Shown piece by piece: positions 15,218-23,442 of a DNA stretch of 64,000 nucleotides. The notes beneath the pieces are model-generated. The model made no database searches, was not told the origin of the DNA, and saw only the letters and a program-made list of their open reading frames with translations. The DNA is from Steroidobacteraceae bacterium. Lineage in GTDB: Bacteria; Pseudomonadota; Gammaproteobacteria; Steroidobacterales; Steroidobacteraceae. The translations under genes and the position numbers were made by a program. The DNA lies in contig DATAVX010000105.1 of assembly GCA_036267535.1 (NCBI GenBank), positions 237 through 64,236 on the forward strand, read 5' to 3'. Within the stretch, counting starts at the first letter, position 1. Every line of letters starts with the position of its first letter.

Positions 15218-17022
15218 GCAGACTTCTCGCTCGCCAATTGGCCGCGAACTACGTTGAGCCATCGAACAAAATCGGTGGTGTTCGGCGCGCGCCCGGAATA
15301 TTTCGATTCATCCGCGAGCGCAAACAGCCGGCGAAGGTCGTTGTCTGCTCCAATTCTGGAATCAAGCTCGGAAGTGGTGACGTCTTCGGGCATCAGCTGC
15401 CACCGTGCTGCAAGCAAACGCTGCAGGGCGCTGCGCGCCGAATCGAAGAATAGCGTCTCGTTGCCATGATGAGCGGCTGCTTCCAATTGCGCCATCACCC
15501 GTTTGGTCGAATCGCTCTTGCCATCCCAGCGAGGCCTCAGCCCGAGGCACGCTGCCGCAAATGCCAGCATTAGAAATGAAGGAAGTGCGAGAAACTTCGG
15601 CTGCAAGTACAGCGGCGTCAGAGTGGGCCTCGGTGCGTCGACGGCGGCATGATCGGCCCGCAAACCGGCTGCCGATTTCGGCGTGCCGCTTGCCGCGGCA
15701 TTCGCGGCCACCTGAGGCGCAGTCAGCACACTGTCGGCTAAAGCCGGCGATATGGTCACGCTGAGAGGCGCTCCGCGCGCCGTCTCATAACGCCGCGAAT
15801 TCGGATCGAAGTAGCTAAACGACAGGGCGGGCAGCGTTTGCACGCCAGGTTTCGAAGCGATGACCGGTTGCTCGAAGGTCTTCATTCCGCTAAATCCAAT
15901 CGGATCGCTGGTATTGAAGGACGACTTCGGCGGATAGGTCTTCCACCGATCGACGTGATCGAGCATTCCGCTATCGACGCGATCGAAGCTTCCAGACCCC
16001 GAAATGCGCATGCGCAGCGTCACTGGGTCGCCGACATCGGCCTTGGCGGGGAAAATATCGCTGACAATGTTGAATGTGCCGATGGCACCATGAAAATCGG
16101 CTGGCCGCCCTTGGACGGGCAAATCCAAGACCTTCAGCTCTTGCGGCGGACTTGTAACTTCAATGTCCTTCGGGACGGTCGTGCCGAACAGATTCTGCCA
16201 GAACGGATCCCCGAACCGATCCTCCAAGAGCGCATCCCGCTTGGACCGAGTTCTAATTTTGACGGTCAGCGGAGCAGCGGCGGACAGCGAGAATGTACCC
16301 GGCTTGATCACTGAAAGGAGGCTGCGCCAAGTAAACAAGACGAATGGCTCGCCGTTGATCAATTTTTCGCTGCGCTCCGGTTGATGCGAGAGATTGTTGA
16401 GCGTGAAATTATCTCCCGTAAGCTTGGGCAACCCATTCAACGAGGACACGAATCCGGAGCGCATTCCGACCTCGATTTCGGCCGGAACGCTCTCACCGAC
16501 ATAAATTTCGCGCTTCGGAATACTGAGGCGGACATAGGCGGAGCCATCGTCGGTCAAGTGCACGCCCTTGGGAAGCGAGCCTCCGGACAAAATAGGCGGC
16601 GCAAGCGGCGCCGCGGGCGCGCCGGCGCGGGGCACGTAGGCGCCACTCGGTGCTGCATTCACCTGCAACACGAGTGGTTGAGACTTCGGCGTTACCGCCG
16701 GAATCGTGAAAATCCCGGCGATCTGCGGCGTCACGCGCATGACGGTCGACGCTGAGGGCAGAGTCGTTCCGTTTATGATTTGAATCTCATGCGTGCGTGC
16801 GACAATCTCGAATTTCAGCCCGGCGACCACCGGCATGGTGATCGGGTTCGTGCCGTCTCCTAGATTTGTAATCGTGAACTGCGCGGATTCGCCCAAGCTA
16901 ATCTGGGCGGGCTGAATCGTCGCGTATACCAACGGATCATCGGCAAGCGCCGTCGCTGCGCCAAGAAGGCCCATCAGGACCGTGGCGAACAACCAGCGGC
17001 TAATGAGTTGTTTCCTGCTCAT
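15214..17022 (-). CDS. batD: BatD-family (oxygen-tolerance) protein
   Basis: A signal peptide is followed by repeated beta-sandwich-like modules (...ATIQPAQISLGESAQFTITN...), a late TM helix, and a C-terminal cytoplasmic tail. The position matches Bat operons. ATG 17022 overlaps the batB stop (TAATG). Confidence 0.8.
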   Translation of the reverse strand: MSRKQLISRWLFATVLMGLLGAATALADDPLVYATIQPAQISLGESAQFTITNLGDGTNPITMPVVAGLKFEIVARTHEIQIINGTTLPSASTVMRVTPQIAGIFTIPAVTPKSQPLVLQVNAAPSGAYVPRAGAPAAPLAPPILSGGSLPKGVHLTDDGSAYVRLSIPKREIYVGESVPAEIEVGMRSGFVSSLNGLPKLTGDNFTLNNLSHQPERSEKLINGEPFVLFTWRSLLSVIKPGTFSLSAAAPLTVKIRTRSKRDALLEDRFGDPFWQNLFGTTVPKDIEVTSPPQELKVLDLPVQGRPADFHGAIGTFNIVSDIFPAKADVGDPVTLRMRISGSGSFDRVDSGMLDHVDRWKTYPPKSSFNTSDPIGFSGMKTFEQPVIASKPGVQTLPALSFSYFDPNSRRYETARGAPLSVTISPALADSVLTAPQVAANAAASGTPKSAAGLRADHAAVDAPRPTLTPLYLQPKFLALPSFLMLAFAAACLGLRPRWDGKSDSTKRVMAQLEAAAHHGNETLFFDSARSALQRLLAARWQLMPEDVTTSELDSRIGADNDLRRLFALADESKYSGRAPNTTDFVRWLNVVRGQLASEKSA

Positions 17023-18950
17023 TACCAATTCTTAAAAGGCTTGTCCGGCGGTTGCACGGCACCGCGCTGCGCCCACGGTATCGCCATATTTTTCTCGTCT
17101 CCTTTGACCGAATCCAATAGCTCCCGGGCTTCCTCGCGAGTCATTTCGCCCGGCGCTCGCTGGTTATCCGCCGTCCGCGGATCTCCGTCCGCGGATGGCG
17201 GCTGACCGGCGCTGCGTGGCGGCTGATCCGCATTTGGCTGTCCGGAATTTGGCTGCGGCGGCGCCTGCCCTGCCTGGCCCTGTTTAGGATCTTGCTTTTG
17301 GTCCTGCTTCGGGTCGTTGTTTTTTGCGTCGGGCCGCGAAGGAGGCGGTCCCTGAGCCTGTCCGGAACCTGGATGCGGCGGCTGCTCCTTGTTTTGTGCC
17401 GAGTTGTTCTGCTGATTCTGCTGATTCTGCTGATTCTGCTGATTCTGCTGGTTCTGCTGGTTCTGGTCCTTATTGTTCTTGTTTTGGTTCTGCTGATTGT
17501 TTTGCTTCTGCTGCTGCTTCAGCGCGTCGATTTTGCGCTTCACCAAATCCCGATTGAACTTGCTGTCCGCGTCGTCGGCGCGCAGCTGCAGCGCCGTCTC
17601 ATACGCCTTCACGGCATCGTTCCACTTCTGCAACGTCTCTTGCGGCGAACTCTGTTCGGTTTTCTGCCCCGATCGATAGAGGGTATTTCCAAGATTGTAG
17701 TAAGCATCCTCTTGGACGGCCAATTGCCGGGGATCGCCGGAGGGCACGTGGCCTATCGACTGCGCAAAGGAGCGCGCAGCCTGGGGAAATTGCGCCGCGC
17801 GGTAAGCGGCAGTTCCGGCGTTGTATTCGAGTATCGGTTGCTTCGCTTCAAGGATGGAATCGGCGTGCACAGGCTGTGAAGACACGGTCATAGCCATTGT
17901 TACCGTGGCCGACGCGGCACCGGCGGCGATGGCCCTGATAGGCGTCCTCAGGCGCCGCCGGCTTCCGATTAACAGGCTCGAGAGCAACATGGCGAGAGAT
18001 GCGGCCAATGGCCATTGAAACCGCTCGACATAAATTTTTTGCTGACGGGACGCCAGACCATGTTTTGCGATGGCTCCCAACACGGTCTGGAAAATCAGCT
18101 CAAGTCCCTCGCCCTGGTTTCCAAGCGGCACGTAGAATCCTCCGGTCGCACCGGCGATAGCCTTCAACGCGGTTTCATCCAGCCGCGATTTTACGAATGC
18201 TCCGCTATCGTCCTTCACAAATCCGCCGCCTTGCCCCGCCGCGATGGGAATCAAATCGCCCGCGGCCGTTCCCACGCCCACCGTAAAGATCTTGAGTCCG
18301 TCCGTCTTTGCCGCCGCCTGGGCCGTGTCAAAAGCGCTGCCCTCGAGGTCTTCGCCATCCGTCACGAGAATCAATATTTTATCGCTGTTTGGGCGGCGGC
18401 GCAGCGCGGCTTGAGCCGCTTGGATGGCAGTTGAGATATCGGTGCCCCCGCGCGGGACTATGCTCGTATCGAGGGCGCTCAAGGACTCGTGAAAGGCCCC
18501 ATAATCGAGCGTCACGGGGCAAGCCAAAAACGCGGCACCGGCGAATGCCACGATGCCCACCGCATCGCCGTCCAGTTTCTTCGCGAAGTCATCGACGGCA
18601 AGCTTGGCGCGCGTCAAACGATTGGGCCTGACATCAGGCGTCAACATGCTGCGAGAGGTGTCGATGGCGAATATGACTTCAATGCCGCGACGGCTGACTT
18701 GTTCCCAATGAAATCCCAGCTGCGGTTGAGCAAGCGCCGCGAATAGACAGACCAGGGCACCCAGAAACAGGCCGCGCTGCGCTCGGCGCCGGCCATGCGA
18801 AATTGAACGCGTCAGCTGATGCCGCAAATGTGCGGACACGAAGCGCGCGAGCGCCGTGTGTTGACGCGCATCGTACAGCCGCCAGAGCCAGATGAGCGCC
18901 GCGCCGGCCGCCAATCCCGCCGGCAGCCATGCTGGATTGCCGAATCTCAC
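17022..18950 (-). CDS. batB: BatB/BatC-like fusion: VWA domain, TPR repeats, and a long Q/N- and P-rich tail
   Basis: The GTG start at 18950 has GGAGG upstream and overlaps the batA stop (GTGA). The N-terminus has TM helices. The VWA MIDAS motif is IFAIDTSRSM. A TPR unit reads YYNLGNTLYRSGQ. The low-complexity tail reads QQNQNKNNKDQNQQNQQNQQNQQ... The 821-aa ORF in the track is an upstream extension that overlaps batA. Confidence 0.8.
   Translation of the reverse strand: MRFGNPAWLPAGLAAGAALIWLWRLYDARQHTALARFVSAHLRHQLTRSISHGRRRAQRGLFLGALVCLFAALAQPQLGFHWEQVSRRGIEVIFAIDTSRSMLTPDVRPNRLTRAKLAVDDFAKKLDGDAVGIVAFAGAAFLACPVTLDYGAFHESLSALDTSIVPRGGTDISTAIQAAQAALRRRPNSDKILILVTDGEDLEGSAFDTAQAAAKTDGLKIFTVGVGTAAGDLIPIAAGQGGGFVKDDSGAFVKSRLDETALKAIAGATGGFYVPLGNQGEGLELIFQTVLGAIAKHGLASRQQKIYVERFQWPLAASLAMLLSSLLIGSRRRLRTPIRAIAAGAASATVTMAMTVSSQPVHADSILEAKQPILEYNAGTAAYRAAQFPQAARSFAQSIGHVPSGDPRQLAVQEDAYYNLGNTLYRSGQKTEQSSPQETLQKWNDAVKAYETALQLRADDADSKFNRDLVKRKIDALKQQQKQNNQQNQNKNNKDQNQQNQQNQQNQQNQQNQQNNSAQNKEQPPHPGSGQAQGPPPSRPDAKNNDPKQDQKQDPKQGQAGQAPPQPNSGQPNADQPPRSAGQPPSADGDPRTADNQRAPGEMTREEARELLDSVKGDEKNMAIPWAQRGAVQPPDKPFKNW
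17407..17469. repeat. Seven-unit 9-bp tandem repeat (TTCTGCTGA/G) inside batB, encoding (QNQ)n
   Basis: Read directly: TTCTGCTGA x4, TTCTGCTGG x2, then a degenerate TTCTGGTCC. On the coding strand this gives QNQQNQQNQQNQQNQ. Confidence 0.9.
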
Positions 18951-19945
18951 GGCAGCCTCCGTAGGCGGGTCTGCTGCAAGAGCAGGCTGAGCCCAAGAAT
19001 TCCGAGCGCAGGAATGAGCGCCCAAGGATACAGCTCGTCGGTATGTTCGAATTTCTGTACTGTCCGGGCGTTTTTCTCCAAGCGATTGATCTGTTCGTAG
19101 ATCTTTTGCAACGAATCGGTATCCGTTGCGCGATAAAACTTGCCGCCCGTTGCGTCTGCCACTGCTTGCAGCGTCTTTTCGTCTACGTCCACCTTGGCCA
19201 TCACCAAGCGCGCGTTTCCCAACGCATCCCTGACTGGAATCGGCGCGTCGCCGCGCACCCCTACGCCGATGGTATAGATCTTGACACCCATGGCCCGGGC
19301 GGCTTCCGCGGCGGCGATCGGCGAAATCTTGCCTGTGTTGTTCACCCCGTCGGTGAGCAATATGATCACTTTCGACTTCGCCTGCGTCAGACGCAGCCGA
19401 TTGACGCCGGCCGCAATGGCCGAGCCAATCGCAGTGCCATCGTCCACGCCGCCCACGGCGACCCGGTCCAGGTTTTGCTGCAGCCAATCGTGGTCGAGCG
19501 TGAGCGGGCTGACCAGATACGGAGCGCCTGCGAAGGCGATGATGCCGATGCGATCGTCGGGCCGTTCATCGATGAATCTGGAGACCACGGACTTGACCAC
19601 CTCGATGCGGTTCACGCGCTGGTGCTCCATCTGAAAGTCCAATGCCTGCATGGACCCGGAGACATCCAGACCCAGCACGATATCGATGCCATTGGCAGTC
19701 ACTTCGGTGCGGCCATGGGCGCGCTGCGGTCTCGCCAGACCCACGATCATCAGGGCGCCTGCCAGAACCGGCAACATCCACATCAACCAGCCAATCTTGC
19801 TGCGTCCGCGCCGAGCGACCTCGCGCGCCAGGCTGACATCGGAGAATTCAATGGCGGCAACGGGGCCCCTCCGCCCACGCCATAACATGACGAGGGGCAG
19901 CAGAGCCAAAAGCCAGAACCACTCAGGTTGCAGGAACCGGGTCAT
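18947..19945 (-). CDS. batA: BatA-like VWA-domain membrane protein
   Basis: N-terminal TM helices (WFWLLALLPLVMLW) precede the VWA MIDAS motif VLGLDVSGSM. A C-terminal TM helix follows. Confidence 0.85.
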   Translation of the reverse strand: MTRFLQPEWFWLLALLPLVMLWRGRRGPVAAIEFSDVSLAREVARRGRSKIGWLMWMLPVLAGALMIVGLARPQRAHGRTEVTANGIDIVLGLDVSGSMQALDFQMEHQRVNRIEVVKSVVSRFIDERPDDRIGIIAFAGAPYLVSPLTLDHDWLQQNLDRVAVGGVDDGTAIGSAIAAGVNRLRLTQAKSKVIILLTDGVNNTGKISPIAAAEAARAMGVKIYTIGVGVRGDAPIPVRDALGNARLVMAKVDVDEKTLQAVADATGGKFYRATDTDSLQKIYEQINRLEKNARTVQKFEHTDELYPWALIPALGILGLSLLLQQTRLRRLP

Positions 19946-20537
19946 GCGTGCGCTCGGCGGCTACCGCCGGCTCATCCTTGCCTGTCTGCAGCACGAATGC
20001 GCGCGCGCTTTGACGCAGTGTCTCCATGTTATCGGGCGTCAGAGACAGCGCAGCAAACTTGACGAAATCGCACTGATATAGAAATTCGCCGAGCAGCGCT
20101 TGATGCTGCGCCAGCGACGCGCCGGCGTTCTCCAGCAAGCCGCGAAGAAATTCTTCGGTGGTGCGGCGGGTTGCCGTCACATCGAATCTCTGCTCGATGT
20201 AGCGGCGAATGATATCGGACACCGCAATGCTGAATTCGCGTGCAGTTGCCGGCTGCATGAGCGCGCGTATCTCATCGAGTCGCTGCAGCGCAACCTCATG
20301 GGGAAGCAAGACCGGTGCGCGTCGCTTGCGCCGCCAACGCCACACTCCATAAATTCCCAACGCGACGAGCAGCGCCCCGGTGATCGCTGCCGGCAGTACC
20401 CAATCCGGCAACAGGTATCTGGGGCCGCGGATGTCGCGAATGTCTTCCGGCAGGACTGCGGCGCGCAGATGCGCACAAAAAAATGCGGCCAGGGCCGCGG
20501 CGCTCGAAGCGCACAGCCGGTCGATACTTGCACTCAT
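19923..20537 (-). CDS. DUF4381-like membrane protein
   Basis: A single TM helix (LPAAITGALLVALGIYGVW) is followed by a basic stretch and a helical C-terminal domain (...FLYQCDFVKFA...). It occupies the canonical slot between DUF58 and BatA. Confidence 0.7.
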   Translation of the reverse strand: MSASIDRLCASSAAALAAFFCAHLRAAVLPEDIRDIRGPRYLLPDWVLPAAITGALLVALGIYGVWRWRRKRRAPVLLPHEVALQRLDEIRALMQPATAREFSIAVSDIIRRYIEQRFDVTATRRTTEEFLRGLLENAGASLAQHQALLGEFLYQCDFVKFAALSLTPDNMETLRQSARAFVLQTGKDEPAVAAERTHDPVPAT

Positions 20538-21454
20538 GCGCGCCTGCGCTCGCGCGTCTTGAAGAATCGCTGCAGGGCCGGCATGTAAGGCGCATCCGTC
20601 CGCAACTGCAAGGTGTCGATGCCCTCCGATCTAAAATCGTTGACCAACTGGACCGCTCTTGCCAGGGACAGTTCCTTGAAGCGCTTTCGGACCGCGGCGC
20701 TCGCCGTGTCCACCTCAATCACCTCGCCGCTTTCGGCATCTTCAAGGGCAATGATGCCCACGTCGGGCAGTTCTTTTTCACGGGGGTCCTCGACCTGCAC
20801 CGCGATCAGGTCGTGGCGTCGATTTGTGCGCCGCATGGCCCGCCGCAATTCGATGCGCGTCGCAGCGGCGCTTTTCGGCGTCTCGAAATCCGATATGAGA
20901 AACACGACAGCGCGCCGGTGCAGGAGACGGTTGGCGACGTCCAACGCCTTGACGGTGTCGGTGCCGATAGCCTCCGGCGTGTGGTACAGGATGTCTCTGA
21001 CCACCCGGAGAACGTGGCGGCGGCCCTTTTTGGGCGGCAAATATCTTTCGATTTGATCGGTGTACAGCAGCAGCCCCACTTTGTCGCTATTGCGAATTGC
21101 CGAAAATGCTAAAACGCTGGCGAGTTCAGCCGCAAGATCGCGCTTAGATAGGGACCCTGATCCAAAATTTCCGGACGCACTGATATCCACCAGCAGAAAA
21201 ATGGTCAGTTCGCGTTCCTCTGTGAACTTCTTCACAAAGGGCCGACCGGCGCGGGCCGTGACGTTCCAATCAATGGTCCGCACTTCGTCGCCGGCCGTGT
21301 ACTCGCGCACTTCATCGAAGTCCATGCCGCGGCCCTTGAATACCGAGTGATAGGATCCGGCCAAGCTGTCGTTAACCATGCGGCGCGTGCGGATTTCCAG
21401 CTGCCGCATACCGCTCATGATGGCTTTATTGGATTTTCGGCGTTCCGGCTCCAC
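20534..21454 (-). CDS. DUF58 domain protein (VWA-like partner of MoxR)
   Basis: YTAGDEVRTIDWNVTARAGRPFVKKFTEERELTIFLLVDISASG is the hallmark DUF58 block. Confidence 0.85.
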   Translation of the reverse strand: MEPERRKSNKAIMSGMRQLEIRTRRMVNDSLAGSYHSVFKGRGMDFDEVREYTAGDEVRTIDWNVTARAGRPFVKKFTEERELTIFLLVDISASGNFGSGSLSKRDLAAELASVLAFSAIRNSDKVGLLLYTDQIERYLPPKKGRRHVLRVVRDILYHTPEAIGTDTVKALDVANRLLHRRAVVFLISDFETPKSAAATRIELRRAMRRTNRRHDLIAVQVEDPREKELPDVGIIALEDAESGEVIEVDTASAAVRKRFKELSLARAVQLVNDFRSEGIDTLQLRTDAPYMPALQRFFKTRERRRA

Positions 21455-21456
21455 GA

Positions 21457-22557
21457 TTACGGCACCGGCAAAGTATTCAGGATTCTCTCGACGACGTTCT
21501 CGGAGGAGATATTTTCGGCTTCCGCCTCATAAGTCACGGCGACCCGATGCCGCAGCACATCCAATGCAATCGATTTGACGTCCTGCGGTACGACGAAGTG
21601 GCGCCCGTTCAAGAACGCCATGGCGCGCGCTCCAAGAGTGAGTGCAATGGTGGCGCGCGGCGACGCGCCGTTCTGGATGTAACCATTCAACTTGAACGAG
21701 GCGGCGACGGGCGGACGCGTTGCGAGCACCAGGTCCACGATGTAGTCGCGGATTTTGTCATCGACATACAGCGTGTTCACAACGTGACGGGCCTCAACGA
21801 TCTGAGTCGCGCTCACCACCGCACGGGGCAATGGCAGCGCCTCTGTTGTGGCCATGGCATCCAGTATTGCGCGCTCATCGATGCGGCTGGGATAGGTGAC
21901 CAGTACCTTCATCATGAAGCGGTCAATCTGCGCCTCAGGCAGCGGGTAGGTCCCCTCTTGTTCCAAGGGATTTTGCGTCGCCAGAACCAAAAACGGTGCC
22001 GGCAGCGCATAGGTCTCATCGCCGATGGTTACTTGGCGCTCCTGCATGGCTTCGAGAAGGGCACTTTGAACCTTCGCGGGCGCCCGGTTGATTTCGTCGG
22101 CGAGGATCAGGTTGCTGAAAATCGGCCCGTGCTTGGTTCGAAACGCTCCATCCTGTGGGTTGTAGATCATCGTTCCGACGATGTCGGCCGGAAGCATATC
22201 GGGCGTGAATTGCAATCGTTTGAAGTTGAGGTCAATGCAGCCGGCCAAGGTCTTCAACGCCAGCGTCTTGGCCAGGCCCGGGACGCCTTCCAGCAAAACA
22301 TGTCCGTTCGTCAACAGTGCGATCAGCAGACGGTCCAGCAGCTGTCTCTGGCCGACGATGATGCGCGCCATTTCCTGCTGCAAAGGGCGAATCCAGGCCG
22401 AGCTGGCCAAAACCGTCTCCCGCGCGGCACGCATCGCCGGATCCATCGTGAGGGGCAGGGACACCGGTACATACTCCCGGGCCGGTTGCTCTCGAGCGGC
22501 CGCCGGCTGATACCTCGCGTTTTGGTCAGTGAGCGGCGGGGCTGCTTTCTGATTCAT
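21457..22557 (-). CDS. moxR: MoxR-family AAA+ ATPase
   Basis: Walker A is GVPGLAKT and Walker B is ILADEINRAPAKVQSALLEAMQERQVTI. The gene is followed by DUF58. Confidence 0.9.
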   Translation of the reverse strand: MNQKAAPPLTDQNARYQPAAAREQPAREYVPVSLPLTMDPAMRAARETVLASSAWIRPLQQEMARIIVGQRQLLDRLLIALLTNGHVLLEGVPGLAKTLALKTLAGCIDLNFKRLQFTPDMLPADIVGTMIYNPQDGAFRTKHGPIFSNLILADEINRAPAKVQSALLEAMQERQVTIGDETYALPAPFLVLATQNPLEQEGTYPLPEAQIDRFMMKVLVTYPSRIDERAILDAMATTEALPLPRAVVSATQIVEARHVVNTLYVDDKIRDYIVDLVLATRPPVAASFKLNGYIQNGASPRATIALTLGARAMAFLNGRHFVVPQDVKSIALDVLRHRVAVTYEAEAENISSENVVERILNTLPVP

Positions 22558-22690
22558 TCGACAAAATCCTTCACAGGTAACTAGATGCTCAGAGTGGCGC
22601 GACCGCGAAATGATCTCCGCGGCTCACGAGGGAGGTTTGAACTTGGAGCGGGCTTTCGGTTCCCCAACGGACTGCGACGCTCGGGGCAAA

Positions 22691-23128
22691 CTAGAACTCC
22701 CCGTAACCCCGCGCCATTGCCGCAGCGAAAACCGGCAGCAACATAAACAATGCCACTTCCAGGTGCAGATAGCGACGCACCCGTTTGATGTCGCCCTCGG
22801 TGGGTTGCAGGGCCAACTTTCGCCAGCGCATGAAGCCCAAGGTCGGGGGTAAAGACAGCAGTCCGACGGCCGCGAAAGTGCCGAGCTTGGCCCAGAAGAA
22901 GGCGTTGTGCGAATAGTAGCCCCAGCCTTTGGCTGCGAATATGGCCCGGGAAAATCCGATCACCAGGACTGCGGTTGCCATTATTCCGTACCACAGGTCG
23001 ATCGAGGCAATGCGTGCAACCATCGCACCGCTCAAGCCCGGCCGCACGGCCCAGAATTCCGCACAAATGATGCCGAATATGCCGAAGATCAGCAGGTGAT
23101 GGCCTATGGCTAGCAGCACATCGAGCAT
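22691..23128 (-). CDS. DUF2214 family membrane protein
   Basis: At 145 aa it has four predicted TM helices and the family-like blocks HHLLIFGIFG...DLWYG...FFWAKL. Confidence 0.7.
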   Translation of the reverse strand: MLDVLLAIGHHLLIFGIFGIICAEFWAVRPGLSGAMVARIASIDLWYGIMATAVLVIGFSRAIFAAKGWGYYSHNAFFWAKLGTFAAVGLLSLPPTLGFMRWRKLALQPTEGDIKRVRRYLHLEVALFMLLPVFAAAMARGYGEF

Positions 23129-23442
23129 GGCAGCGGAATCCTAAAGTCGAAAGGCACGATTTACAGACATGCGAACATTAATCCGCATGCCGCGGGATAT
23201 CAATCGAGCGCCCGGCTATCGAAGCATTAGACAAAACGTCCCGCATATTGATCCCGCAGGATCGATGACGGCAGCTAGTGCGACCGCGGGACCTGACCAT
23301 GCCGCCATCGGCTTCGCGGGCTACGATTTCCGTATCGCCAAATTGACCCGCTGCGTGCTCGGTCGAGGAATTGCACCGCATCATGCATCGTAATCGCCCT
23401 GACCGGTACAATGGCCCCAGACGCGTAAGATGAGGAGCTTCG

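Noticed and set aside
17407-17469. Short tandem repeats (also 25015-25146) considered as a possible CRISPR or other non-coding array.
   Set aside because: The units are 6-21 bp with no spacers. They lie in frame inside long ORFs and encode low-complexity peptide (QNQ, AP, PQTAAPK). No cas genes are present.
18951-19487. Upstream 179 codons of the 821-aa ORF that contains batB.
   Set aside because: It overlaps batA in another frame and is Arg/Gly-rich. A GTG at 18950 with GGAGG upstream and a GTGA overlap to the batA stop gives the expected BatB N-terminus (VRFGNPAWL...).
21547-22584. 345-aa ORF on the + strand, the longest alternative ORF over the moxR locus.
   Set aside because: It is entirely antisense to a gene with clear Walker A/B and MoxR blocks. 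Its translation is Arg/Gly/His-rich with no motif, which is the typical shadow ORF of GC-rich DNA. The same reasoning applies to 5493-6293(-), 6512-7186(-), 8190-8843(+), 9384-10094(+), 12127-12954(+), 19043-19885(+), 23770-24705(-), 44834-45616(-), 48785-49552(-), 51064-51873(-), 58014-58808(+), 61552-62358(+) and 62893-63687(-).
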